A stretch of 64,000 bases of DNA, from positions 930,001 through 994,000 of the forward strand of contig CP145417.1 in the NCBI GenBank assembly GCA_036867785.1. Direction: 5' to 3'. Numbering within the stretch: position 1 is the first letter of the stretch; every line of letters starts with the position of its first letter. Positions 23,621 through 32,990 of the stretch are shown piece after piece. The translations under genes and the position numbers were made by a program. The notes beneath the pieces were generated by a model that saw only the letters and a program-made list of their open reading frames with translations, made no database searches and was not told the origin of the DNA. This stretch comes from Plasmodiophora brassicae. Taxonomy: Eukaryota.

Positions 23621-23920
23621 TTGTCGTCGACCCGGTGGCCCACGAATTATTAATAATTCCAGGGACGCCCCCGCCCCTGCCGAACGAAACTGCGCCACGC
23701 CACTGTCACGTGCCCGCTGTTCCCCATCACCACTGACACAGTAGTTCGGACATCTGCAGCGACGGCACTCTACTGTAGCTACATTCGTAATGTGCGTCGA
23801 CATTCACATGGGCAGGAAAGCGTCGGCGGTTTTTGCGGCAACGTCGTCACGCGCCACGCACAAGGCACGGAAAAGTGCGTCGGTCGGTGTCGGCGAGCGT
23901 CGCTGCTGCGGGCACAATCA

Positions 23921-24450
23921 ATGTCGCTGAACGCGAATCCCGTTGTGTTTGGCGACGGGCACCGCCGAGTGGAACGGGCGGTGACCGATCCGGGCTTCGT
24001 CGAGGATTGCCGGGACCCGATCGATGCCGAGGAGATATTCGATGTAGGTCCCCGTCGTCGTCGTACGCACTGTCGGCTGACGTTGCCGTGCAGCTGATCC
24101 GGGACATTAACGATCCGGAGCATCCGCTGACGCTGGAACAATTGAATGTCGCCAGGCGGGAGGACATCAGTGTGGATGACGGTAGAGGGTATGTTCGCGT
24201 ATGTTTTACGCCCACGATCCCGCACTGCAGCATGGCGACGCTGATCGGCCTCAGCGTCCGCGTCCAACTACTGCGGTCCCTCCCCCGGCGATTCAAAATC
24301 GACGTCTACATCGCGGCAGGCACGCACGCCTCCGAGACCGCCATCAACAAGCAACTCAACGACAAGGAGCGCGTCATGGCCGCGCTGGAGAACCCGCACC
24401 TCCTCGACGTCGTTAACAAATGCCTCGCCGGTCCGAGCCACAATACATAG
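23921..24450 (+). CDS. CIA2: cytosolic Fe-S assembly component CIA2/MIP18 (FAM96B), 2 exons
   Basis: [58 protein letters not shown]. Confidence 0.95.
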
Positions 24451-24598
24451 TTGCTGTACCATCTCAGCGGATGCACACAGTCTACCGTTTCGCCCAACGG
24501 TTCCCGACTCGTCGGAGAGTACCTATACCATTGAACGGGGGGTCGGATCCCGCCCACATTTTCTGGTGGAAGTCCGCAGTACAGTTGACGCTTCGACC

Positions 24599-25544
24599 AT
24601 GTTCGAAGACAGGGGCGAGGTCGTCGTACTGGAAGGGCTCGGCGAACGGGATCCGGGCAGCGGCCCTGTCCGACCGAGGACGTGCGCGCCGGAATTCGAT
24701 CCCGACCTGGTAGGCGCGACGACGACGACGACGGCGGCGGCATCCGGTGGCCTGACGCGTGCCTTTGCGGCAGGAATGCGATGGGCTGGTAACAAGTGCA
24801 GTGCCCGCGCGGGCGGCGTTCGAGGCGTTCGCCGGCAGCGGTCGCGATGGGACCCGCAGTGCATCGATCGGAGAGCGAATCGCCGACCTGCAGCAACAGA
24901 TCGAGCGGCTACGCGACGACTGCGCTGACGAAACCGCGCTTGATGATCTGCGACGCGTTTCAGATGAGCTTTCTTCCATAATCGTGCACGAGACGACCGT
25001 GGGGAGTCGTGTCACGGATGGGCACAATCAGGTGCCGTTGCCTGGCAGCGGCGTCGACGACCAGATGCCTACGTACGCGGACCTGTCGCATCGGATCGAC
25101 CAGGTCGAGGAGCGCCTTCAGCTGCTGACACCCGAGAAGATCTCGGAGGTCGAGTTCATATGCCGCAGGGCAACGGCCCAGCTTCGTAACCTGGAGGACA
25201 GGCGCTCCCCGCTGCCGTCAGCAGACCTGGTCGGCATCAGCAGCAAGATCGCCGAATGGGACGAGATAGCGGGCGCCGTGCCCGCTGTCATCGAGCGCCT
25301 CCTGTCTACCCGGGAACTGCACGAACGAGGCGCCTCGGTCCTCAGACGGATCGCCGCCATGGAGGACCTGGGCCGCACGATCGATGCGCGCATCCTGGAA
25401 GTCGAATCCGCATTGCAGGCCATGCGGGCCACCCTGGACCGCAACCGCGCCGTCATGGACGACAACTGCAGCGACCTCATGACGCGCATGGCACGCCTCG
25501 AGGAGCACAGTCCCGATGGGAACCAACGCAATGTTTTATTATAA
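24599..25544 (+). CDS. DCTN2: dynactin subunit 2 (dynamitin/p50), 2 exons
   Basis: AAFEAF, ERIADLQQQIERL, LQLLTPEKI, WDEIAGAVPAVIERL...LHE, N..VM.DN...L..RM..L follow the dynamitin coiled-coil pattern. Confidence 0.75.
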
Positions 25545-25720
25545 TTTATATGTTTACCCCCGGGCGCTATCTCGTTGCGATCCTTCGACGAACGCAGCCG
25601 ACGTTGTCGAACGGTGCCCACCCTGTGGTTCAAGGTTCTCTGCACGAACGTGCCCGCTCGGTGCGTGCGAAAAAATGGATGGAAGTTTCCAGTTGGAAGT
25701 CCGAGACCTGTCGGGTGTCG

Positions 25721-27631
25721 ATGGCGTCGAGTGCCGTGCCGGCGTCCCTATGGACGTCGTTGCGGGTCGCGACGCAGAGCGAGGACCACGAGAAGGTCCT
25801 GAAAGACTGCAAGGCGATCCTGGCGCACGCCGCCGATGACGCTCGCGCCCTGCACTGCAGGCTGGTCGCCCTGCTCCAGCTGGACCGCCTGGCCGACGCC
25901 CAGGCCGCCCTGTGGAACGACGCCGGCGCCTTCGAGCGCGCCTACCTCCTGTTCCGACTGAAGAACAACGACGCCGCTAGTGCCGCCCTGGAATCCTGTA
26001 GTGAACGCCGCGCCGACTACCTGCGGGCCCTGCTGGCCGCCCGCCTTTCCAAATCAGACGACGCGGCCGCCATCTATCGACGACTGTTATCCGACCCCGA
26101 CCTCGACGAGGACGATCGCGTGTCGTTGCAGACGAACCTGACGGCCGTCTGCGCTGTCGCTGAGGGCCGCCAGGTCCTGAACGACGTGCCGGTGGAGTCC
26201 CGAACGCATTCCCTGCTGTACAACGTCGCCTGCCTGGAGATCAACGCTGGCGAGTACGCGTCCGCCGAGGCGCATCTCGTCGAAGCGATTCGCCTGTGTA
26301 CCGACGAGGACGACGACCTGGACGTCGACGAGCTGGCAACGCTGACGGTCCAGTTGGCGTATGCGCGTCAGCTGCAGGGGAAGACGGCGGAAGCGCAGGA
26401 GCTGTACCACAACGCGCTGGAGAGTCTGCCGCCGACCGTGCATTCGCCAGCGTCGGCGGTCGCGTCCCTGAACCTCATGTCGCTGCGGCAGCACGACGAG
26501 AAGCATTTCGATTCGGCGAAACGGCTGGCGCGCGCCCTGAAAGTCGACGCCGCCAAGCTGACGGAGCAGCAGCGGCGGACGATCGCCCGGAACCAGGCCC
26601 TGCTGATGCTGTACGACAAGCAGCTGCGGGCCTGCGTCGAACGATGCGATGCCATTGGCGCCGACGACGAGTTCGCGTGCGTTGTCCGCGCCCTGGCGCT
26701 GGTTCGTGACGGGCACGCCGACGAGGCGATCGGGTCCCTGCGACGGTTCACGCCCGGGACCCGGTCCGTCCGGTTGGCGCTGATCCAGGTCCTCGTTGAC
26801 ACGAAGCAGTACGACCAGGCGCTGAGGGCGCTGGACGACCCAGTGTTCGACGAGCTACGAAACCGCGTCGCGTTCACGTCGCTGCTCATTGTCCTTCACG
26901 ATGCGCTGGGTGATGTCGCCGGGGCGCTCAAGGTCTTCGAGGGCGTGGTCGAGAAACGCGACGGGACCGCTGAAGACCGGCGCCGGCTGGTGGTCGCCGC
27001 TGCTGATTACATGGTCCGCCATGGGAAGATCGATGCCGCTCAAGAGCTGTTATCTCGTGCGGGGGCTCTGTTCCCGAACGATACGGCGCTGGCGGGCAAG
27101 GTCGCGTTGGCGTTCAGCGCTGCCGGTGTCCAGCCGCCCGACGCCATCACGAAGCGCCTCCCCCAGCTGCCCACGCTGTCGGAAGAGGCGCTTGCTGCCG
27201 TTGAGGCCAAGCTCCAGTACGTGCCGGCGGCCAAGCGAAAGTCGTCGCCACCCGATGCATCTGTTGCTGCGGATGCGCCCGCAGCGAAGCCCGCCGAGGA
27301 GAAGGTCAAGGCGAAGAAAAAGAAGAAGAAACCGATCAGGTACCCGAAAGGGTTTGACCCAGCGCATCCGGGGCCGCCACCGGACCCTGAACGATGGATA
27401 CCGCGGTATGAACGGACGAAGGGACGTCGGCGTCATCAGGGCGGCGCGTTCAAGGGCGCCCAGGGATCGGTGGCCGCGAGCACATCGGCCGGGTCTGGGC
27501 GGTCTCGCGCGCAGCGCGGAGAGGAGGACAAGAACGTCATCGATAACCGGCGTCAGAAGGAGAAGCAGATGCAAGGGCAGGCGTCGACGCCTTCGTCGAA
27601 GTCCAACAAGAAGGGCAAGAAACGGCGTTAG
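25721..27631 (+). CDS. SRP72: signal recognition particle subunit SRP72
   Basis: TPR helices (FERAYLLFRL, LLYNVAC, VQLAYARQLQGK), Lys-rich region, PKGFDP...PDPERWIP RNA-binding motif, ends KKGKKRR. Confidence 0.95.
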   Translation: MASSAVPASLWTSLRVATQSEDHEKVLKDCKAILAHAADDARALHCRLVALLQLDRLADAQAALWNDAGAFERAYLLFRLKNNDAASAALESCSERRADYLRALLAARLSKSDDAAAIYRRLLSDPDLDEDDRVSLQTNLTAVCAVAEGRQVLNDVPVESRTHSLLYNVACLEINAGEYASAEAHLVEAIRLCTDEDDDLDVDELATLTVQLAYARQLQGKTAEAQELYHNALESLPPTVHSPASAVASLNLMSLRQHDEKHFDSAKRLARALKVDAAKLTEQQRRTIARNQALLMLYDKQLRACVERCDAIGADDEFACVVRALALVRDGHADEAIGSLRRFTPGTRSVRLALIQVLVDTKQYDQALRALDDPVFDELRNRVAFTSLLIVLHDALGDVAGALKVFEGVVEKRDGTAEDRRRLVVAAADYMVRHGKIDAAQELLSRAGALFPNDTALAGKVALAFSAAGVQPPDAITKRLPQLPTLSEEALAAVEAKLQYVPAAKRKSSPPDASVAADAPAAKPAEEKVKAKKKKKKPIRYPKGFDPAHPGPPPDPERWIPRYERTKGRRRHQGGAFKGAQGSVAASTSAGSGRSRAQRGEEDKNVIDNRRQKEKQMQGQASTPSSKSNKKGKKRR

Positions 27632-27751
27632 GTCGCGGGGCGATTCGCTGAACTATCTGGCAGTGCCGCCCTATACATTCCATGAAACAATGACGATCGG
27701 TGTATTGGCTGAGTGTCGCCTTGACCGGGTTCGGAGAGCACGACGCTGCAT

Positions 27752-28603
27752 CTAGTAGGCAATCTGGCAAATCACCGGGAACGTCAGGTTGCCAGTGATA
27801 TCGACTTCGACCGCGAACCCGGGACCAGTAGCGTTGCGCGTCACGTACAGCGCCGAGTTGTTGTACGTGTCACCGTTCCAGCTCTTGACCCAGGCTCCAG
27901 TCACATTGCAGGACGTGATCAGCGCGCCGAGCGTGTTGAGGTTGCCGGTGCCAGCAGCGGCAACGCCCACTGTGTACACGTCGCGACACACATCGGCGGC
28001 TTTGCTGAACGGGACGACTTTGGGGCCGACGTAGTCGAATGTGGGGATCTCGTAGTTGCCACAGATACAGATTGGCAGCGACGCTCCAGACGACGACGTA
28101 CTGGTTGACGTCCCGGTCTCGTACCCGCACCCTGTCGACGACGACTCTCCAGACGACGTACAGGTTGACGTCCCGGTCTCGCATCCACACCCTGTCGACG
28201 TCCCTGACGACGTACAGGTTGACGTCCCGGTCTCGCACCCTGTCGACGACGACTCTCCAGACGACGTACAGGTTGACGTCCCGGTATCGCACCCTGTCGA
28301 CGACGACTCTCCAGACGACGTACAGGTTGACGTCCCGGTCTCGCATCCGCACCCTGTCGACGTCCCTGACGACGTACAGGTTGACGTCCCGGTCTCGCAC
28401 CCTGTCGACGACGACTCTCCAGACGACGTACAGGTTGACGTCCCGGTCTCGCACCCTGTCGACGACGACTCTCCAGACGACGTACAAGTTGACGTCCCGG
28501 TCTCGCACGCTGTCGACGTCAACTCCTCGCTGCCGCCTTCAACCGCAGAGGCCAGCAGGATGGCTCCCGCAACCAACACCGACATGAACTTGCACATGCT
28601 CAT
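27752..28603 (-). CDS. secreted Cys/Ser/Thr-rich repeat protein with C-terminal WNGD/PVIC domain (family copy 1)
   Basis: Signal peptide, eight ~18-aa CETGTSTCTSSG repeats, then the ~100-aa domain ending AWVKSWNGDTY...FPVICQIAY. Confidence 0.85.
   Translation of the reverse strand: MSMCKFMSVLVAGAILLASAVEGGSEELTSTACETGTSTCTSSGESSSTGCETGTSTCTSSGESSSTGCETGTSTCTSSGTSTGCGCETGTSTCTSSGESSSTGCDTGTSTCTSSGESSSTGCETGTSTCTSSGTSTGCGCETGTSTCTSSGESSSTGCGYETGTSTSTSSSGASLPICICGNYEIPTFDYVGPKVVPFSKAADVCRDVYTVGVAAAGTGNLNTLGALITSCNVTGAWVKSWNGDTYNNSALYVTRNATGPGFAVEVDITGNLTFPVICQIAY
28085..28518. repeat. coding minisatellite, ~54-bp unit x8, higher-order A-A-B pattern
   Basis: Repeated gacgacgtacaggttgacgtcccggtctcgca core. 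Confidence 0.95.
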
Positions 28604-28821
28604 GCTGACTTAAGCAACTGATATCTCAAATGACGCCCTGCGGATGCGCCTCCACCGTCTACGATCTGGTAGCCGGGTGTCAAATTCGGGGACTTTCGAT
28701 GTTGATGTAACACCCATGAGGCAATGCCCGGACCGGGCCGGGACCCCCTGGCCACCTGGGAGGCCACCTGGGAGACTGCCATCCTTCCATTGTCGCCCAA
28801 TGGAACGTGAAGTCCGTCCGT

Positions 28822-29113
28822 AGAACGAACGGCTGTACCAGCGCGCGGGGTGTCGTCGAGTGCGAACGCAGGTTCGGCTTACCTGGGGATCTATGGACCT
28901 TCGATGACGCCCGTGTTTGTAAGCCATCGTCAACAGTCCAAGGCGCATTTGACCAATAAACGACTGCCCTTTATGTCAGTCATTGGCTGGTCATATGCGC
29001 TTTGGACCGTTGGACTTACGAGCATGCGTGTCATCGAAGGTCCACAAGTTTCCCTGGTAAGCCGAACCTGCGTTCGCATTAGACGACCAGCCGCTGGTGC
29101 AACCGATCGTTCT
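28822..29113. repeat. ~290-bp imperfect palindrome (foldback/MITE-like hairpin)
   Basis: tgcgaacgcaggttcggcttacc...ggaccttcgatgac is the reverse complement of gtcatcgaaggtcc...ggtaagccgaacctgcgttcgca. Pairing continues inward to gactg-ccctttatgt-cagtc. Confidence 0.9.
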
Positions 29114-30351
29114 TCTTGATTTCTCATCAGGATCCTACACGACATCAGTTCAACGAGGACAGGAGCAACGGCGACATATCCAGCTGTGAGGTGGTGAACA
29201 AGAGTACCGTGGCTAAATACCCCACGAAGCGACTGACTGGAGAAGCCTCATCTGAGCTGTAAGCACGTGCTCCAGCTCAGACAAAGCCCCTAAGTACCGA
29301 CGCGCCACACGGTCAAAGGTTTCGCGACTCTTTCGCAAATCGCCTTGAGCAGGTGGAGATTAGCGGCAGACGTGATCTGGAAGGTAGCGCGAGCAGAACC
29401 GAAATGGTCATTAATGGAACGGAATGCAATTGCAAACCAAGACGCGATAGCGACGTCGCCGGTCCACACCATGGCATTATGGTCTGTGGCCATTCCAGTG
29501 GGTTGGCGACACGGGTTGGCGACACGGATTCTCTGGCCTGCCAAGGTTGTCGGATACCAATGTGATTGACTCGTGGTCCTGGATGTCGTCGAGCAGGTTC
29601 TCGCTGTGTACACCGAGGACATCGACGTCGATCTCCATTTTATGATGTCATCGCGGGCATTCGCTCACGATTGCAGGCATGACCGCCACCGACTTGGACA
29701 TTCCAGTCTTCAATGACAATCTGCCAACAAGGACTTCGTTGACATTGACGAGAAGACGCAGTTAGGTCCCAAGTCCACCAACGCCGCCCATTAGTAATTC
29801 AAATCAGCGAGTCCACTGTCGCCATGTTGGATAACGATAAACCGCTCCTTCGTCGGGCGATCAAGGTGCAACAGCGAAGACGGTACCGCGTACCTGTGCT
29901 ATTCGAACTCATGACCTGGTGCAGATACCGTACCGTATTAGGAGCACGCTGCGACAACGACCTTCATACCGCCGGTTGAGCCAGACGAAACACGAGTGGC
30001 GACACAGGCTACCATCCCAGAACCACACCCTGTCAGCGCCTTCCTGTCATGAATATGCAAGTTGCCTAAAACGGTGAAACCCAGCGCATGCAGCCGATGC
30101 AGGCGCTCTCCAAAATCCGGACGGTGGGACCCACGTCGTCGGTGAATTCAATAAGGCATCACGTGCCCCGCGGGCGGTGAAGAATCAGCATATCACATGG
30201 GTGTCAACGCACGAACGAACACCAATGCCTAGGGCAATCCGTCTCTGGCTTATGCATTGCACTCTTGGAGAACAGTGTCCGCTGTATTGGATGCATGGTG
30301 CGTGCCAGGATGAGCAGCATGACCGTGTACAGAGGAAACGTGACACTGCAT

Positions 30352-30831
30352 CTAGTAGGCAATCTGGCAGATCACGGGGAACTCCAGAGCGCGCGTGATG
30401 TCGGCTTCGACGGAGTAGCCGGGGCCAGGAGACTTTCGAGTCACGTACAGAGGAGAACCGCCGTAGGTGTCACCGTTCCAACTCTCGACCCAGGCCCCAC
30501 GCACCAGGCAGAACGCGGTCAGCTTGCCCAGCTTCTTGAGGTTGTCGGTGTCAGCAGCAGCAACGCCCACAGTGCACGCGTCGCGACACACGGCGGCAGC
30601 ATCGCAGAAGGGGACGACAATGGGGTTGCCGCATTCGTCGGTGGGGATCAGGTAGTTGCCACGGGTACAGGCCGAGGTGCTACTCGAGCTTGTAGAGTAC
30701 TTGTCCTTCGTGGTGTGAGTGGACGTCATTGACTCGCTCCACGTCTCACTCGACGACTCGCCTCCACCTTCGACCGCATAACAGGCCAGCAAGATGGCGC
30801 CCACAGCCACGATCAACATGGCTTTGCCCAT
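30352..30831 (-). CDS. small secreted WNGD/PVIC-domain protein (copy 2)
   Basis: Signal peptide MGKAMLIVAVGAILLACYAVEG; AWVESWNGDTY...FPVICQIAY. Confidence 0.85.
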   Translation of the reverse strand: MGKAMLIVAVGAILLACYAVEGGGESSSETWSESMTSTHTTKDKYSTSSSSTSACTRGNYLIPTDECGNPIVVPFCDAAAVCRDACTVGVAAADTDNLKKLGKLTAFCLVRGAWVESWNGDTYGGSPLYVTRKSPGPGYSVEADITRALEFPVICQIAY

Positions 30832-31155
30832 GTTGACCCAACAATCGGGAATTCCAAATGGCGCCGAGACCCTGTAGTTCCCACTCCGACATTCTGCAAG
30901 GGGCGGTGTACAACTCGGGGACTTTTAGCTCGTATGTAACACCAACGCTCCACCAGCGGTGCTGGCCACGGGGCATTCCGCGACGGGCGATGGATGTTGA
31001 ATTCGACACCGCTGGGGCGTGACTCTCACCTGCCTCTTGACGAGTTATCATCTTCTCATTAGTTAGTCCTCGAGCTCTGCCGTTTCCTGCTTTCGCCGCA
31101 AGATTTATTGGCAACAGTTGAACGGCGCGGGTGGCCAGGCCAGCAGCGTATCGCC

Positions 31156-31330
31156 GATAAGGCAATCTGGCGAATCACCGGGCTAGCCAATATCCCGGGG
31201 CATTAAAGGTGCCACCGTTCCTGCTCGTGACGCAACGTCCGTCTACCAAGCCGGACCTGGTCATCTGGCACATCTAGTTGACGTTGTTAGTGTTGGCTGG
31301 GCAACTCCAGCAGCAGTCGCCTTCCCTTGA
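31156..31330 (-). pseudogene. relic of the WNGD/PVIC secreted family
   Basis: aggcaatctggcgaatcaccggg is nearly identical to the 3' ends of copies 1 and 2 (reads PVIRQIAL). Upstream sequence is degenerate. Confidence 0.55.
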
Positions 31331-31463
31331 CGCAAGTCTTCGGAGCAGACACTTCACTGGATCTACATCATACAGAATCTAGAGGCAGGCTGCACCCAAT
31401 ACGCATCGTGGTCATTATTTCGTTTCGGAGGCGGGCGCGCATGGCGCGTGGCGGAGCAAGCGC

Positions 31464-31877
31464 CTAGTTGGACTTGGAGATACGGCAGATCACGGGGAAG
31501 ACCTGGCCGCCGGTGATGTCGGCGAACACGCTGTAATCTTTCGGAACCATGAAGAGGGGCAGGCCGTTGTACGTCTTGCCGTTGTAGCTGTTGACCCAGG
31601 CGCCGTTCGTCGGGATATTGCAGAACTTGATCAGGCTGCCCAGGCCGATCCTGTGGCTGTCACCTACGTCGGCAACACCCAACGACCAGGCGCCACTGCA
31701 CTCCAAGGCAGCGTCCTCGTACGTCATGAGCTTGGCAGCGCCGTTCGCGTTAGTAGGGATCAGGTAATCACCGAGCGTACAGGCTGGCGTAGCAATGGCA
31801 CTCGTATCGGCAGGGCCCGCCCCCGCGTACCCTACCAGGCTCAGCAGAATACCAATGCTCACGCCCGACACGAACAT
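31464..31877 (-). CDS. small secreted WNGD/PVIC-domain protein (copy 3)
   Basis: Signal peptide MFVSGVSIGILLSLVGYAGA; ACTLGDYLIPT...GAWVNSYNGKTY...FPVICRI. Confidence 0.85.
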   Translation of the reverse strand: MFVSGVSIGILLSLVGYAGAGPADTSAIATPACTLGDYLIPTNANGAAKLMTYEDAALECSGAWSLGVADVGDSHRIGLGSLIKFCNIPTNGAWVNSYNGKTYNGLPLFMVPKDYSVFADITGGQVFPVICRISKSN

Positions 31878-31942
31878 CTCCGTATCGACTCCAGGCGACC
31901 ACAGATCAAAATGAATGCCCACTTGCGAAGAACGCGAGAGCT

Positions 31943-32052
31943 CGCGACTTGTCAAAATCTGGGCCTGTCTTGACGATACCGCGACTTGTCAAAGTCCGGG
32001 CCTGCCTTTACGATACAGCGACTTGAAAAATCCGGGCCTGCCTTTACGATAC
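31943..32052. repeat. 37-bp tandem repeat x3 upstream of copy 3
   Basis: gcgacttgtcaaa(a/g)tc(t/c)gggcctg...acgatac repeated at 31943, 31980 and 32017. Confidence 0.9.
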
Positions 32053-32269
32053 ATGTCCCGGCACTGTAGTGTGCCGCTCCGTCATTCACTTGTGACAGTG
32101 ACAGCATCGGCGTGCGTGTTGCGTTGCAGGTCCAGACGCCAATACTAAATAAACTCGGGACCCTGTCCTCAGACGTGCATGGTCAGAGGTGTTGCTGCAG
32201 AAACCGTGTTAGACAGTGCGTGTATTGTGACAGCGTTTGACCAGTGGGCAGCGGGAGCAGGGGGTCCAC

Positions 32270-32746
32270 CTAGCTGGCAATCTTGCAGATCACAGGGAAC
32301 TCCTGAGTTCCGGCGATGTCGTTAACAACGGTGTAACCGGTGCCACCCGACGTTGGGGCCAGGTAGAGGTGCGCGCCATTGTAGCTGTCACCGTTCCAGC
32401 TCCTGACCCAGGCGCCGTTCGCAGGTGGATTGCAGGACGCGATCAGGTCGCCCAGCTCGATGTTGTTGCCGGTGTCAGCGCCGGCAACGCCCATCGACCA
32501 AGCGCCGCGGCACGCGAAGGCCGAGTTGTAGAACGTGTCGACCTTGGCAATGCCGTTCTCGTCGGTGGGCATCAGGTAGCCACCAAGCGTACAGGCAGAA
32601 GTGGCGACACCACTTGTATCAACCGGCGCAGGCGCGACGTTCGCCCCCAGCACCATGGCTGGCGCCATCAACTTGTTCAGCTTCAATCCAGTCCCGGTGA
32701 CGCAGGCCACCAGGAAGCCAGCGATCACCACCGACAAGGTCTTCAT
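32270..32746 (-). CDS. small secreted WNGD/PVIC-domain protein (copy 4)
   Basis: Signal peptide MKTLSVVIAGFLVACVTG; ACTLGGYLMPT...GAWVRSWNGDSY...FPVICKIAS. Confidence 0.85.
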   Translation of the reverse strand: MKTLSVVIAGFLVACVTGTGLKLNKLMAPAMVLGANVAPAPVDTSGVATSACTLGGYLMPTDENGIAKVDTFYNSAFACRGAWSMGVAGADTGNNIELGDLIASCNPPANGAWVRSWNGDSYNGAHLYLAPTSGGTGYTVVNDIAGTQEFPVICKIAS

Positions 32747-32990
32747 ATCTGCCTAACAGCCCAATTTCAAATGAAGCCCCCTGGCCCCGTGGAACGTTCT
32801 CGAAGCGCAGTCAAGGGTCACCAGAAGACGAAGTCGACTGGATTGACTTCCCGACCTGAACGTGACGGTACGCGCCCTGTCTGTCTGGCGTTCGGGTACA
32901 CGTCACAGTCGTCCAGACTGTCGCACTGTCACAGACGGCAGCAGCCACTGCGAGCGACGCAATCGGACGAATCAGCATTCTGAAATACTT

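Noticed and set aside
25256-25720. N-terminal 155-aa extension of the SRP72 ORF
   Set aside because: Overlaps the dynamitin gene in another frame. SRP72-like sequence starts near ATG 25721.
28085-28518. CRISPR-like appearance of regularly spaced repeats
   Set aside because: No unique spacers, lies inside a eukaryotic CDS, no cas genes. The same applies to the repeat at 63504-64000.
27870-28613. Long alternative-frame ORFs (VDVPVSHP, RDRDVNLYVV, TTTYRLTSRSR repeats)
   Set aside because: By-products of a stop-free 54-bp coding minisatellite. Only the minus frame has a signal peptide and the family domain.
29130-30150. Possible decayed transposase next to the palindrome
   Set aside because: No recognisable DDE or other motif by eye; only short broken frames. 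Needs BLASTx.
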